A stretch of DNA of 25,240 bases, taken from positions 1 to 25,240 of IMG/VR virus record IMGVR_UViG_3300032216_000801; one strand, given 5' to 3'. The position numbers and the translations under genes are program-made. This document shows positions 8,797 through 18,045 of the stretch, in pieces. The DNA is from a virus (taxonomy: Duplodnaviria > Caudoviricetes). Below the pieces are notes generated by a model. It had not been told where the DNA came from and did not search any database. It was given only the letters and a program-made list of their open reading frames with translations. How positions within the stretch are numbered: the first letter of the stretch is position 1; each line of letters opens with the position of its first letter.

Positions 8797-11044
8797 CTTC
8801 TAGTTCACCCCAGCTAGGACCAATATCAAAGTCAACTTTGATCGGGCAGCCAGGAATAGATAGTCCACGATCTGTTTGAATACAGCGACGAGCATTTTCA
8901 ATATACAGAGGAACAAGATCTTCACGCACTTCTGATACGATTGAGTCGTGTACAACGGTAAACGGCTTGATAAAGTCATCATATCCACTACCTTCTACCC
9001 AAGCAATTAGGTCAATTAGACCAAGTACGTTAATATCAGAAGCTACTGACTGAACTAAAAAGTTAACACCTGAACGAATAGCGTGTTTAGCTACACCAGC
9101 ATTAGGAGCTTTAGCTTCTGGCAGGCGACGCTTACGACCAAAGAACGCATAGATATACGCATAATCTTCAATCTGACGGTTAGACCCATCAATAAACTTC
9201 TTTAGTGCTTTAGCTTCGTTAAAGTACTTAGAGATAAACTGTTTAGCTTGTGCTACGCTAATCTCATCACCTTCTTTAGCGTCTTTATTAACAGTTTCTG
9301 CAATTTTAGCTGGACCAGCTTGATACATAATACCGAAGGTGATAGCTTTTGCCCACTGACGTTCGTTTTTATATAGTGTTTTAACTTCATGTACTTCACA
9401 TGGTAGATTAAACATCTGTTTTGCGACATATGAGTGGAAGTCTAGTTTATCAATGAACGCCTGCTGTAGAAACTTATCATCACTTAGAACAGCAGCATAA
9501 TAAACCTCAGCAGTACCAAGGTCGCACTGTACAATCTTATACCCAGGACGAGCTTTAAATAGCTTCTTAATATCTTTATTATCACGTGGAATATTTTGAT
9601 AGTTCAGAGTACCACTTGAAGATAGACGACCAGAGGTTGTACCGTGAATGTTGAAACCGCTGCGTAGACGATCGTCATAGTCAATCCCGTTACGGATATT
9701 ACTAATATAAGTACCAGCCATCTTAGACTTCTCACGAAGATCAAGAATAGCTTCTGCTACTGGGTGCTGGATCTCTTTAAGAACTTCTTTGTCAACAGAC
9801 CAAGCACCTGTCTCGGTTTTCTTAGTTGGGCGGATATTTAGGATGTTGAAAAGCAACTCTCTCAACTGTGCAGTTGAGTTAGGATTGAATATCTTACCAT
9901 GAATACGTTCAAAACGCTGAACAGCCTCAGACAGAGTGATCTCTGCAAGGCATTCTTCTACGTCGATCTGGTACTGCTCAGCTAGAAATTCTACCTGCGC
10001 TCGGTCAATAGGACCGCCATTCTTTTCTAGCTTACGCAGCGCATAAGTTGCCGGAATAAGTATACTGCTATATAGTTTGCTGAACTCTGGGCTTTTCTCA
10101 ACAAGCGGTTTAAACTTGCGATAAAGCTGGAAAGTAGCATCACCATCTTTACAAGCGTAAGGAGCTAGAATATCGCTAGGTAACATACCATAATTAAAGT
10201 CCTCAAGCTTTACCTTATTCTGGCGAGCCCATGTCTTTTTATAATCATCTAGATCACGCTCATAGTCACCTAGATCAGTAAAGCGCATAGCAAGAGGTTT
10301 TAGACCGTGTGTACCCACAGATTCTTCTAGGCAGTAGTGAAGAAGCATGGTATCTTCATAGTCAGGAAATTGAAACCCGTAGTGATGAACCATAAACCCA
10401 ATATCAAACTTTGCGTTATGAAATATAATCTTACGCATTTTAAATAGAATATGGAACCACTCTTTATGCTTTTGTACAATAGCATCAGAGATATATATAC
10501 CTTGGTGTGGGCGAGTAGATACAGCTACGCCTAGAATAACACCTGTGAAGGGTGATACACTTGTGGTCTCGATATCTGCTACTAGCTCTGTAGCATCTTC
10601 TAACTGTTGACGATACTTTTGAAACTGTTCTTCAGTCTCTACAAAGCAATAGTCTTTTTCGTTCTGTACACCAGCACTATCACCGCTTAATATTTTTGGT
10701 ATCTGCGAAAACGCACGTTTAATATCATCATCAAGCTGAGGCTTGATAATGGTAATGTTAGGGTGCATAATAGGTAGATACTTATGCTCAACATAAATAC
10801 CGTTATATTTTTGAATACCAGTCATACCAGCTACATACTTTAGAGAGTCTGCGCCAATAGGACATACAATCTTATAACCAGATAGCTCGGCAAGGTCAAG
10901 ATCTACGTCTTTCTTAAGGATTTTTTCTTTTGGAGAAGAAGAAAGAAACTTCACATCATAGCCAATACCTTTTAGGTATTTATCAATAGTTTTATTTGCT
11001 TCACGTTCAATAGTGCTAGCAAATACAAAACATACATCATTCAT
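8768..11044 (-). CDS. polA: Family A DNA polymerase with 3'-5' exonuclease and N-terminal UDG-like domain (T5 Pol-like)
   Basis: ExoI DIET, ExoII HNAKFD, ExoIII YACKD, TSGRLSS, motif A DLGTAE, motif B RQWAKAITFGIMY (Phe at the Pol I 762 position), motif C VHDS. No intein seen. Confidence 0.97.
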   Translation of the reverse strand: MNDVCFVFASTIEREANKTIDKYLKGIGYDVKFLSSSPKEKILKKDVDLDLAELSGYKIVCPIGADSLKYVAGMTGIQKYNGIYVEHKYLPIMHPNITIIKPQLDDDIKRAFSQIPKILSGDSAGVQNEKDYCFVETEEQFQKYRQQLEDATELVADIETTSVSPFTGVILGVAVSTRPHQGIYISDAIVQKHKEWFHILFKMRKIIFHNAKFDIGFMVHHYGFQFPDYEDTMLLHYCLEESVGTHGLKPLAMRFTDLGDYERDLDDYKKTWARQNKVKLEDFNYGMLPSDILAPYACKDGDATFQLYRKFKPLVEKSPEFSKLYSSILIPATYALRKLEKNGGPIDRAQVEFLAEQYQIDVEECLAEITLSEAVQRFERIHGKIFNPNSTAQLRELLFNILNIRPTKKTETGAWSVDKEVLKEIQHPVAEAILDLREKSKMAGTYISNIRNGIDYDDRLRSGFNIHGTTSGRLSSSGTLNYQNIPRDNKDIKKLFKARPGYKIVQCDLGTAEVYYAAVLSDDKFLQQAFIDKLDFHSYVAKQMFNLPCEVHEVKTLYKNERQWAKAITFGIMYQAGPAKIAETVNKDAKEGDEISVAQAKQFISKYFNEAKALKKFIDGSNRQIEDYAYIYAFFGRKRRLPEAKAPNAGVAKHAIRSGVNFLVQSVASDINVLGLIDLIAWVEGSGYDDFIKPFTVVHDSIVSEVREDLVPLYIENARRCIQTDRGLSIPGCPIKVDFDIGPSWGELEDEKDYFSQV

Positions 11045-11898
11045 CGTAATACTCTTTCTGCTTGGTCTTTGGTTAACTCGCCTGGGTCAATTCCTGGTGG
11101 TAGTTTTATTATTCTAGCATAAATATTACGAGAGTCCAACATATCAGCTATTTTATCTGCTGCCTTTTGACCAGGTATATCAGAATCCATCATAATATCA
11201 ACTCTAGTTACTCCAAGATTATCTAGTATATCAAGCTTCTTTTTACTAAAGTTTGTAGTACCAAATATGCACAGAGTATTTGTATATCCAAGTTTCCACA
11301 TATTAATAGCATCAAAGATACCTTCTACAAGAATTACATAGTTAGTACTCTTTAGCTTATCTAATGGAAATAGGCAGTCAGATACCATTGCTTTAGCTGG
11401 CCGTCTATTGTACTTAGGTTGATTCTCTAGATACCTATTCAATCGACCTTCTATAAATTTTAACTTACCATGTTGATATACGGGTATACAAACATAGTCT
11501 GTTAAACCCATTTCATTAGTTGTAAAAGCTTGAAACTCACGAAATACGTTTGCTTCTATACCTCTAAACTCTTCCATAAATAGTCTGCGATCATCTGGTA
11601 GCTTAATATCATCCCGTTCTATTTTAGTTCTAAGCTTTTCTTTCAGCTTCTTAATCTTATAAGGTTGCTTACTATCAACATCTAGTGGTTGAGTTTCTCC
11701 AATTGATTGTAGAAACTTATTGATACCGCCACTATAGCCACAACTCCAGCAGTTAAAAATACCTTTCTCAAGATTAAAAGACAAGCTAGCATTTTTATCA
11801 TCATGTGTACCACTAGTACACGTAATAAGAATTTCATAAGGGTTATTAGTTTTCTTATACGGAACTCCGCGCTTATCTAGTAGTTCTGATAATTCCAT
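11041..11898 (-). CDS. dnaG: DNA primase (DnaG-type Zn-binding domain plus TOPRIM)
   Basis: C-x4-H...CWSC zinc-binding motif; TOPRIM VEGIFD and MDSDIPGQKAA; DPGEL. Confidence 0.92.
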   Translation of the reverse strand: MELSELLDKRGVPYKKTNNPYEILITCTSGTHDDKNASLSFNLEKGIFNCWSCGYSGGINKFLQSIGETQPLDVDSKQPYKIKKLKEKLRTKIERDDIKLPDDRRLFMEEFRGIEANVFREFQAFTTNEMGLTDYVCIPVYQHGKLKFIEGRLNRYLENQPKYNRRPAKAMVSDCLFPLDKLKSTNYVILVEGIFDAINMWKLGYTNTLCIFGTTNFSKKKLDILDNLGVTRVDIMMDSDIPGQKAADKIADMLDSRNIYARIIKLPPGIDPGELTKDQAERVLR

Positions 11899-13290
11899 TT
11901 AAATATCCTTTGGACCTTGCTTTTCGTTATCTGAGCCAAATTTTGCAGCATTGTGTGGTCGTTCATTAAGAACACTAGATACGTTTGGATTTACTCGTAC
12001 ACATTCCCACTCCATCATAACGTCAAAACTCATGTGCTTGCCGTTACGGATTTTTGTAGTATGTACTGTAATCTTGCTTTCTAAACTGCGATCTTCTGAT
12101 TCGGCTGGTGGAAAGAAGTTAAAACTTCTATCAGCACTGTCTAGAATACCCTTAGCAAAACGAGCTTCACCTGAAGCATCAATCTGATAAGGAGATAACA
12201 TAGTTACGTCATACTTACGAGATAGAGATTTAAGTTGATCGGCAATGATAATCTGAGTTTTCCAGTCTTTCTGATCATCATGCTTAATAATATTTACATA
12301 GTCTACTACAGCCATGTTAAATCTAGGATATTTAGAGGAAAACATATTACAGTAGTGATCAATACGATTGAGTGTAAGACCTTCGTCATCAATCATAAAT
12401 AGTCTATGATCTTTGAGTTCGGGTTTATCAATCTTTAGTCGCTTATCAAATAGTTTAAAGTCTTTGGTCTTTCTAAGTTCAGATAGCATATTAGTAGCTT
12501 TATCTGATGGCTTATAAAACACATCAAACTTAGCTTCAGCCATACGAATTTTTTGATCGTTTGTAAGCTGGTTTCTAAAAATATCTAGAAATGGTACTCC
12601 TGATATAATAGAAAGAAGTCGATCATATACTTCTTTATATCTCATTTCAATAGTAAAGAAAGACACCGTATTTCCTTGTAGAAATCGGTTTAGTGCTAAG
12701 TTAAGAGAGATAATAGACTTACCAGAACCACGACGACCGCCTAGCAAAACAAGTTCTTGTGTGGCAAATCCGCCATTCACAGAATCATACTCATGCGAGA
12801 TACCTGACGGAAAAATATGAAAGTCTTCTTCGCTAGGAAAAAACTCAATCTCTGCTACATCGTATAGCTCATCGTCGTGCGGTATAGCTTGGTTTAGCTC
12901 TAGTAGATGATTTTGAAACTTATCAATAATCTCGACTTTTTCTAGATCTTCAAGATTGTCAATAAGTTTATCCATAAACGCAATAGTTTGTTCACGGATA
13001 TAGTAGTCTTGTAATTGCGATACTAGAAACTCGTCTTGTAGAGGTTCACACAGATTATCATCTGAGCAGATTTGATTTTCTAGATATTCTTGTAGTCCAA
13101 CATCCTTACGTAGAGATACGATCTCGTCCATATTTGGTAAACGAGTATTAGCTTTATAGAAAGATTTAATTTTATCAAATAAGATACCATTAATACCTGT
13201 AAAGTATTGATTTAGTAACTTAGAGTATAGGTCATTACTCTGCGTGTCTAGTAGACGACGCAGAGCTAGTTTTTGTAGATCAATTGCCAT
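11899..13290 (-). CDS. dnaB: Replicative DnaB-like (SF4) helicase
   Basis: Walker A GGRRGSGKS, FFTIEM, VVDYVN, SPYQ, KIRNG; its stop directly abuts the primase start. Confidence 0.92.
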   Translation of the reverse strand: MAIDLQKLALRRLLDTQSNDLYSKLLNQYFTGINGILFDKIKSFYKANTRLPNMDEIVSLRKDVGLQEYLENQICSDDNLCEPLQDEFLVSQLQDYYIREQTIAFMDKLIDNLEDLEKVEIIDKFQNHLLELNQAIPHDDELYDVAEIEFFPSEEDFHIFPSGISHEYDSVNGGFATQELVLLGGRRGSGKSIISLNLALNRFLQGNTVSFFTIEMRYKEVYDRLLSIISGVPFLDIFRNQLTNDQKIRMAEAKFDVFYKPSDKATNMLSELRKTKDFKLFDKRLKIDKPELKDHRLFMIDDEGLTLNRIDHYCNMFSSKYPRFNMAVVDYVNIIKHDDQKDWKTQIIIADQLKSLSRKYDVTMLSPYQIDASGEARFAKGILDSADRSFNFFPPAESEDRSLESKITVHTTKIRNGKHMSFDVMMEWECVRVNPNVSSVLNERPHNAAKFGSDNEKQGPKDI

Positions 13291-14066
13291 TATCCCGCCT
13301 TTACTGGGTAAAGTTCATCTCTGAAAGCGTAGTAGAAGCAGTTATCAGTATCTGCTCGCCAAACTGAGTAATATTCTCTTCCCGTTTCTTCGATAGTCTT
13401 CATAATTCGTGCTCGTTGCTGTTTAACAGCAGAGAGCTTCATTTCATCGCCGTTAGCTAGTGTCCAATAGATTTCATAATGTACTCCTTCAGCAGGTTCG
13501 TAGAATTTTCCTGACATACCTGTTTTAGGGTTAGGTTTAAAAGGCCACGTTTCTACATACCTTTGTCTGCCATTTTCTAGTAACTCAATATATTCTTCAT
13601 CAAATACTGTGTGTATAATTGCAAAACAATTATACTTAGCAAGGAATACTTTATCCCCTGCTTTGAATTTAGTTTCTAAATCTTGTACAATATGGTCTAC
13701 TTTTGCTTCTGAGTTCTTACCCCTACCTCTAATAGGAGTATTCATTTCTAGCAAAATGTTTTTAATGCGCTGAGGAGAGATGAAATACTGTTCAGCTAAT
13801 ACTGATTGCGCTTCTCCTGCTAAGTACTGCTTAGCAATAGCTTCTTTTTCTTTTTGGGTAAAGATCTTTGTTTTTGCTGCTTTTTTAAGTTCAGCCTCGC
13901 GTTCAAGACGCTTATGAAAATCTTCAATAATTGTGTCAAGTTTTTTAGTGTTGTAAGCCATATTAAGATGCTCACAGCAGGCTTTCTTTGTTTTACCTGT
14001 TTTAAGCATCCATATTACTTGGCGGATCTTTGCTTCTGGAATTTCTACTGTAGGTGCTTTGGCCAT
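13290..14066 (-). CDS. Conserved T5-like protein with HTH-like segments, putative DNA-binding
   Basis: TKKACCEHL and QYLAGEAQSVLAEQYFISPQRIKNIL (HTH-like) resemble the T5-like gene between D5 and the helicase; TAATG coupling to the helicase. Confidence 0.7.
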   Translation of the reverse strand: MAKAPTVEIPEAKIRQVIWMLKTGKTKKACCEHLNMAYNTKKLDTIIEDFHKRLEREAELKKAAKTKIFTQKEKEAIAKQYLAGEAQSVLAEQYFISPQRIKNILLEMNTPIRGRGKNSEAKVDHIVQDLETKFKAGDKVFLAKYNCFAIIHTVFDEEYIELLENGRQRYVETWPFKPNPKTGMSGKFYEPAEGVHYEIYWTLANGDEMKLSAVKQQRARIMKTIEETGREYYSVWRADTDNCFYYAFRDELYPVKAG

Positions 14067-14089
14067 GATTTATCCATAATTTATATTTA

Positions 14090-14118
14090 AATATAGCAAC
14101 AAAATGACGACCATGCAA
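14090..14118 (-). promoter_or_regulatory. Sigma70-type promoter for the helicase-primase-polymerase unit
   Basis: TTGCAT (14118-14113), 17-nt spacer, TATATT (14095-14090) with extended -10 TG; AT-rich upstream tract. Confidence 0.7.
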
Positions 14119-14126
14119 TTTAAATT

Positions 14127-14435
14127 TTAATGAGTTATGAGGTCATCGTCTGTATAATATATATCAGCTATTATGTTTCGTATTAAGCCAGTTGACGTAT
14201 AAATAGGGGTAAACTTTTCATTAAAGAACCTGTTACTTCTATATATTTTTTCTACGTAAAAGCTACTAGCATATGAAGCTAGTAAATCATCAAACTCTGG
14301 GCTATCTTCTTCTACTTTAGGATAGAAAGATTTAATCATACCAGTAAAATAACTAGCTTTTCTATCTATAGGTAAACTTAGTATTGCATCTAAAGATTCA
14401 TTAGATAAGTTCTCTAAAACAAAAGTTTTATTCAT
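14127..14435 (-). CDS. Hypothetical protein, 102 aa (start corrected to MNKTF...)
   Basis: The track's start (14474) lies inside a terminator hairpin; ATG 14435 has SD GGAAGGA 4 nt upstream. Confidence 0.65.
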   Translation of the reverse strand: MNKTFVLENLSNESLDAILSLPIDRKASYFTGMIKSFYPKVEEDSPEFDDLLASYASSFYVEKIYRSNRFFNEKFTPIYTSTGLIRNIIADIYYTDDDLITH

Positions 14436-14446
14436 GTCGTCCTTCC

Positions 14447-14478
14447 AATAAAAAAGGGATGGTGTTGCCACCATCCCT
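14447..14478 (-). terminator. Rho-independent terminator after D5
   Basis: Minus strand AGGGATGGTG-GCAA-CACCATCCCT-TTTTTATT: perfect 10-bp stem, GNRA tetraloop, U-tract. Confidence 0.92.
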
Positions 14479-14503
14479 AGTATTTGCTTATAGCAGATAC
14501 TGA

Positions 14504-15196
14504 TTACTCAGCAGCAGCTTTTGGAGTGTAGTCAGAACAGCTTAGACCACGACGAGTAAGAACAGTCTTAACTCCACGAACAGTCTTATCAAACGCATTT
14601 GCAATTTCTTCGACTGATTTATCTAGCATATCTTCAATGCCTTCATATGGATCAGACTTGGTAGATTTCTTATCACGCTGAACAGCTTTTAGGCCCATTG
14701 ATAGAAGCTTACCACGAATGGAGTTGACTTCACGACCGATAGCAGCAGCGATATCTTCTAGGAACTTACCTTCGCCTACTAGCTTAGCAATAGTAGCTTC
14801 ATCTGCTTCTGAGTAAGTACGTGGAGTAACTTTCTTTTCAGCAGGCTTAATGTCGCCAGTCTTTTCCATGGAAAGAGCTTTTCCATTGATTTGACGAGCA
14901 GTAACTTCACGACCCCAAGCTTCAGAGAAGTGAGCAGCGATTTCTTCAGCGGTATGTTCGCCAGAGTTATCTTCTAGGAATTCTGCTAGAGCTTCAGTTT
15001 CGTCTGCTGAGAAGATTGGCGCAGCGCCTGGCTTCTTAGGAACGTCAAAACCTAGTTTGCGTAGTTTAGCAGTTACGGAGCGACGTGGAAAGTCGAACTC
15101 TGTCATTAGAGCCTCGATTGATTCCTCGGTGATAGCTACTTTAGCTACTTCCTGTAGACGTGCTACCATTTCTTCTGTATATTCAAATTTTGCCAT
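14504..15196 (-). CDS. D5: T5 D5-like DNA-binding transcriptional regulator (tandem HTH repeats)
   Basis: RSVTAKLRKLGFDV, HTAEEIAAHF...RQINGKALSME, SIRGKLLS and KTVRGVKTVLTRRGL match recalled T5 D5 motifs; position after the ligase. Confidence 0.88.
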   Translation of the reverse strand: MAKFEYTEEMVARLQEVAKVAITEESIEALMTEFDFPRRSVTAKLRKLGFDVPKKPGAAPIFSADETEALAEFLEDNSGEHTAEEIAAHFSEAWGREVTARQINGKALSMEKTGDIKPAEKKVTPRTYSEADEATIAKLVGEGKFLEDIAAAIGREVNSIRGKLLSMGLKAVQRDKKSTKSDPYEGIEDMLDKSVEEIANAFDKTVRGVKTVLTRRGLSCSDYTPKAAAE

Positions 15197-15270
15197 TTGT
15201 TAATGATCCTTTCGATCAGTTGTTAGAGTTTGTTAAATGTTTACAAGAGTTTTCTCTTGTCTGTCTTTAT

Positions 15271-15299
15271 ACAATATATAAAGTTTTAATCATAAGCAA
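15271..15299 (-). promoter_or_regulatory. Sigma70-type promoter for D5
   Basis: TTGCTT (15299-15294), 17-nt spacer, TATTGT (15276-15271); the -35 is one arm of an inverted repeat. Confidence 0.6.
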
Positions 15300-15343
15300 G
15301 CTCAAATTCACGTATCTTGCTTGATTGGTAGCTCTTAAATCTT

Positions 15344-17083
15344 TTAAAAAGTACCAGCTAATACATCTTTTTTGCTTGACCAGTAATCTACGATTGTGAT
15401 ACCAAGTTGTTTTGCTTTTAGATACTTAGAAGAAGTAGTATCTCCTCCAGTAATTAGAGCATAGCAATCTTTTGTGACGGTAGAAGTTATCTTATATCCT
15501 AGTTTTTCTAGAATATCAGCTAAATCATTACGAGTCATATCCATTTTACCGGTAATACAGACTTTACGTATATTAGTAGAAATCAGCTCTGAAACAGAAA
15601 TACTCTGTTCTAGTTGTAAGGGTAGCTGCTGTACCCATTCCTCATTCTCTTCTAACCACGTTAGAATAGAATCAATAGTAGCTGGACCTATACCTTTAAT
15701 ATCCACATATTGAATATCTTTTAGGTTACGGAAAGTAGGAATCTTTTGTACAATAAGTTTAGCGGTAGATTTGCCAACCCCAGGTATTCCTAGAGCAGCT
15801 AGTACAGTTTCGTAAGGTTTAACTTTTGATTTTAGAATCTCTTCTTCAATCTTAGCGCCTACGGCCCCTAGTTTATCCCATTGATCTTCTTCATATATCT
15901 CTGATGGGTGTGTAATATCCATCTTCTCAATATTAGCAGGGCCTAAACCTTTAATTTCCATAGTCTTTACAAAGTGTTCCATCACTTTTGATGTATTAAC
16001 TATAGCCTTATCTGATACCAAGAGTCTAGGACCATCTCGCATAACTTTGGTACCTACCCCAGCTTCAGCGTGTTTTTCTGTAATCTTAATACCATGTGCT
16101 GAGTGCTCAACTACACGAAGAAACTTTGGGATAACACCACCAGCTCGTTCGATCTCAATCGTATCACCTAGCCCTAGATCATGATCTTCAATAATACCAA
16201 TATTGTGCAGTGTAACACGAGAAATAGTAGCATCTTCAATAACTACTGGAGTTACAATACCGGTAGGATTAACCGTACCAGTACGACCAATTACCCATAT
16301 AACATCTTGTAAAGTTGTGCGTACAGTATTTAATTCTCGTGGCTTTAGAGCAACTGCAAATCTAGGATATTTTGAAGTATACCCCATTTGCATAGCTTTT
16401 TTGTAGTCATTAACTCGGAACACCACACCATCACGAGGATAACTATTAGCATTTTTATCTAATACAGTTGTAAAGCCCATATTCTGAGCAATGGTCATAC
16501 GAGTAGTATAGTTCATAGCAATACCTAGCATATCATGGGCAATAAACTTGATATTGCGTTCGCTAAACTCTGTTATAGATTTTAACCCTAGAGCACCGCT
16601 AACATAATTGCGAAAGTTTTCTACAGTATTATCAGTAACACACTCACCGTTAATAACTACCTGATCATAATCAGTCTGAATACGTTGAGGAATATTTGTT
16701 ATACCATTAGCTAGGTGAATGATATTATCACCCATTTCACCGTTACCACGAGTAAGAGCAATAGATAGTTTACCTCGTTTATATACGAGAGTAAGGTTAG
16801 CTCCATCAATTTTAGGAGTTTCTACATCATAGAAATCATCTACTTCAGCAGAATCATATACCTTACGTAGTGAATATAATTTTACAGGGTGAGTAACCTT
16901 ACCTGCTGCACCGCCTACTTTTGCAGTCGGTGAGTCATAAGCTACCCATCCCTGTGTTTTTTCTACAGCTTCTAGATCGTCATATAGTTTATCAAACTCT
17001 ACATCAGATATTTCTGGTGTAGATAGATTATAGTAAAGATGGCAATGTTTGATTACTAAAGCTTTAAGTTCTTCGTATGTCAT
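15344..17083 (-). CDS. ligA: NAD-dependent DNA ligase, single polypeptide with C-terminal BRCT
   Basis: Domain Ia YY...ISDVEFDKL, KIDG adenylation motif, TRGNG, DGVVFR, AVALK, GRTG, RVTLHN, RAGGVIP, HhH repeats (GIPGVG, KGIG), BRCT VCITGK...SSKYLKAKQLGI. Confidence 0.96.
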   Translation of the reverse strand: MTYEELKALVIKHCHLYYNLSTPEISDVEFDKLYDDLEAVEKTQGWVAYDSPTAKVGGAAGKVTHPVKLYSLRKVYDSAEVDDFYDVETPKIDGANLTLVYKRGKLSIALTRGNGEMGDNIIHLANGITNIPQRIQTDYDQVVINGECVTDNTVENFRNYVSGALGLKSITEFSERNIKFIAHDMLGIAMNYTTRMTIAQNMGFTTVLDKNANSYPRDGVVFRVNDYKKAMQMGYTSKYPRFAVALKPRELNTVRTTLQDVIWVIGRTGTVNPTGIVTPVVIEDATISRVTLHNIGIIEDHDLGLGDTIEIERAGGVIPKFLRVVEHSAHGIKITEKHAEAGVGTKVMRDGPRLLVSDKAIVNTSKVMEHFVKTMEIKGLGPANIEKMDITHPSEIYEEDQWDKLGAVGAKIEEEILKSKVKPYETVLAALGIPGVGKSTAKLIVQKIPTFRNLKDIQYVDIKGIGPATIDSILTWLEENEEWVQQLPLQLEQSISVSELISTNIRKVCITGKMDMTRNDLADILEKLGYKITSTVTKDCYALITGGDTTSSKYLKAKQLGITIVDYWSSKKDVLAGTF

Positions 17084-17108
17084 GTCTCATACCTCGTATT
17101 GATAATTC

Positions 17109-17137
17109 ATATTACAGGATAAATAACCGTTATACAA
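17109..17137 (-). promoter_or_regulatory. Sigma70-type promoter for the ligase
   Basis: TTGTAT (17137-17132), 17-nt spacer, TAATAT (17114-17109); SD GAGGT upstream of ATG 17083. Confidence 0.65.
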
Positions 17138-17157
17138 GTATGAAATAACTTCTTGTA

Positions 17158-17475
17158 CTATGATTGTTGTTTCTTATTCTTAATTACGTTTAGCATACGT
17201 TCGGCATAGTAAATAATTTTATTTAAATCATACTCATCATCAATTCCATCTTTTTCGCCTAAACGATAAGCAGCTTTAAAAATGTTACCTCTAGCAAAGT
17301 TCATATCTTTAAATTCTATAATATCATTTAAAGTACTAGCTCCTATAGGAAAATCGTAGTATGCAGTAGCTTTGCCATCAGAAGTTATTTTATTGTTAGC
17401 TTCTTTATCCATACGCTTAATACCATCTTCATAGCTTTCTTGTGTAAACGGTTCAAGATCAAGTGTTATATCCAT
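17158..17475 (-). CDS. DUF3310-family protein (T7 gp1.7-like nucleotide kinase domain)
   Basis: SDG..TAYYDFP, MNFARGNIFKAAYRLGEK, DLNKIIYYAER are typical of DUF3310. Confidence 0.8.
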   Translation of the reverse strand: MDITLDLEPFTQESYEDGIKRMDKEANNKITSDGKATAYYDFPIGASTLNDIIEFKDMNFARGNIFKAAYRLGEKDGIDDEYDLNKIIYYAERMLNVIKNKKQQS

Positions 17476-17779
17476 TTAGTTTTTTCCTAAGTGCTTCTAC
17501 AAGTTTTGTTAAGTTTTCTTTTTTATTAAGATTAGTACCGTCTATATCTATACTAAGCATACTTTCTAACTCTCTAAGCATAGTTTTAACAGTCTGCGCT
17601 TTAACTTCTTCTTCAAGTTGTGGTTTTTCATATACTTTAAGTTGTACTAGCTTACTTATTACACTTCTATATCCTTTTTCAAAATGTTCTGCAAGCTGGT
17701 GCACGTCTTTTATCTGCTCTGTTGTATATAAGGTAACTAATTCTAGTTCTTGCTCACTACTCCATGTTTTTATACTCAT
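17459..17779 (-). CDS. D3: T5 D3-like DNA-binding protein (start corrected to MSIKTW...)
   Basis: WSSEQELELVTLY...LAEHFEKGYRSVISKL resembles recalled T5 D3; ATG 17779 has SD GGAG, whereas the track start lies inside the upstream gene. Confidence 0.7.
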   Translation of the reverse strand: MSIKTWSSEQELELVTLYTTEQIKDVHQLAEHFEKGYRSVISKLVQLKVYEKPQLEEEVKAQTVKTMLRELESMLSIDIDGTNLNKKENLTKLVEALRKKLNGYNT

Positions 17780-17781
17780 TG

Positions 17782-18045
17782 TTACTCCAATTCTAATTCT
17801 AGTTGCGTGCTCCAAACATATCTCTGAGCTACGGCTTCAGCAGCTGATTCTAACAATGGTATTAGTGATGTTACTTCATCAGCTTGAAAAGAAAATCCTG
17901 TTTTAGTGGGGTACCATTGACCGGTATCCCCATCCATTGCATATTCTCTAATATGTAAATAAGTAATATCTCTAAACTCGTTTAGAGTTACTTTAACAGC
18001 ATTTCCATTATATTTATGAAAAGCGGTTCCAAAGTCTATATTCAT
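17782..18045 (-). CDS. PC4/p15-like ssDNA-binding protein
   Basis: VKVTLNEFRDITYLHIREY...WYPTKTGFSF is the PC4-fold signature; also present near the ligase in T5. Confidence 0.88.
   Translation of the reverse strand: MNIDFGTAFHKYNGNAVKVTLNEFRDITYLHIREYAMDGDTGQWYPTKTGFSFQADEVTSLIPLLESAAEAVAQRYVWSTQLELELE

Noticed and set aside
14436-14474. Track start of the 115-aa ORF
   Set aside because: It falls in the terminator stem; the downstream ATG has a proper SD.
1-17083. Inteins, introns or homing endonucleases in nrdJ, polymerase, helicases or ligase
   Set aside because: Motif spacing and protein lengths are ordinary; no splice-junction, LAGLIDADG or HNH motifs were noticed.
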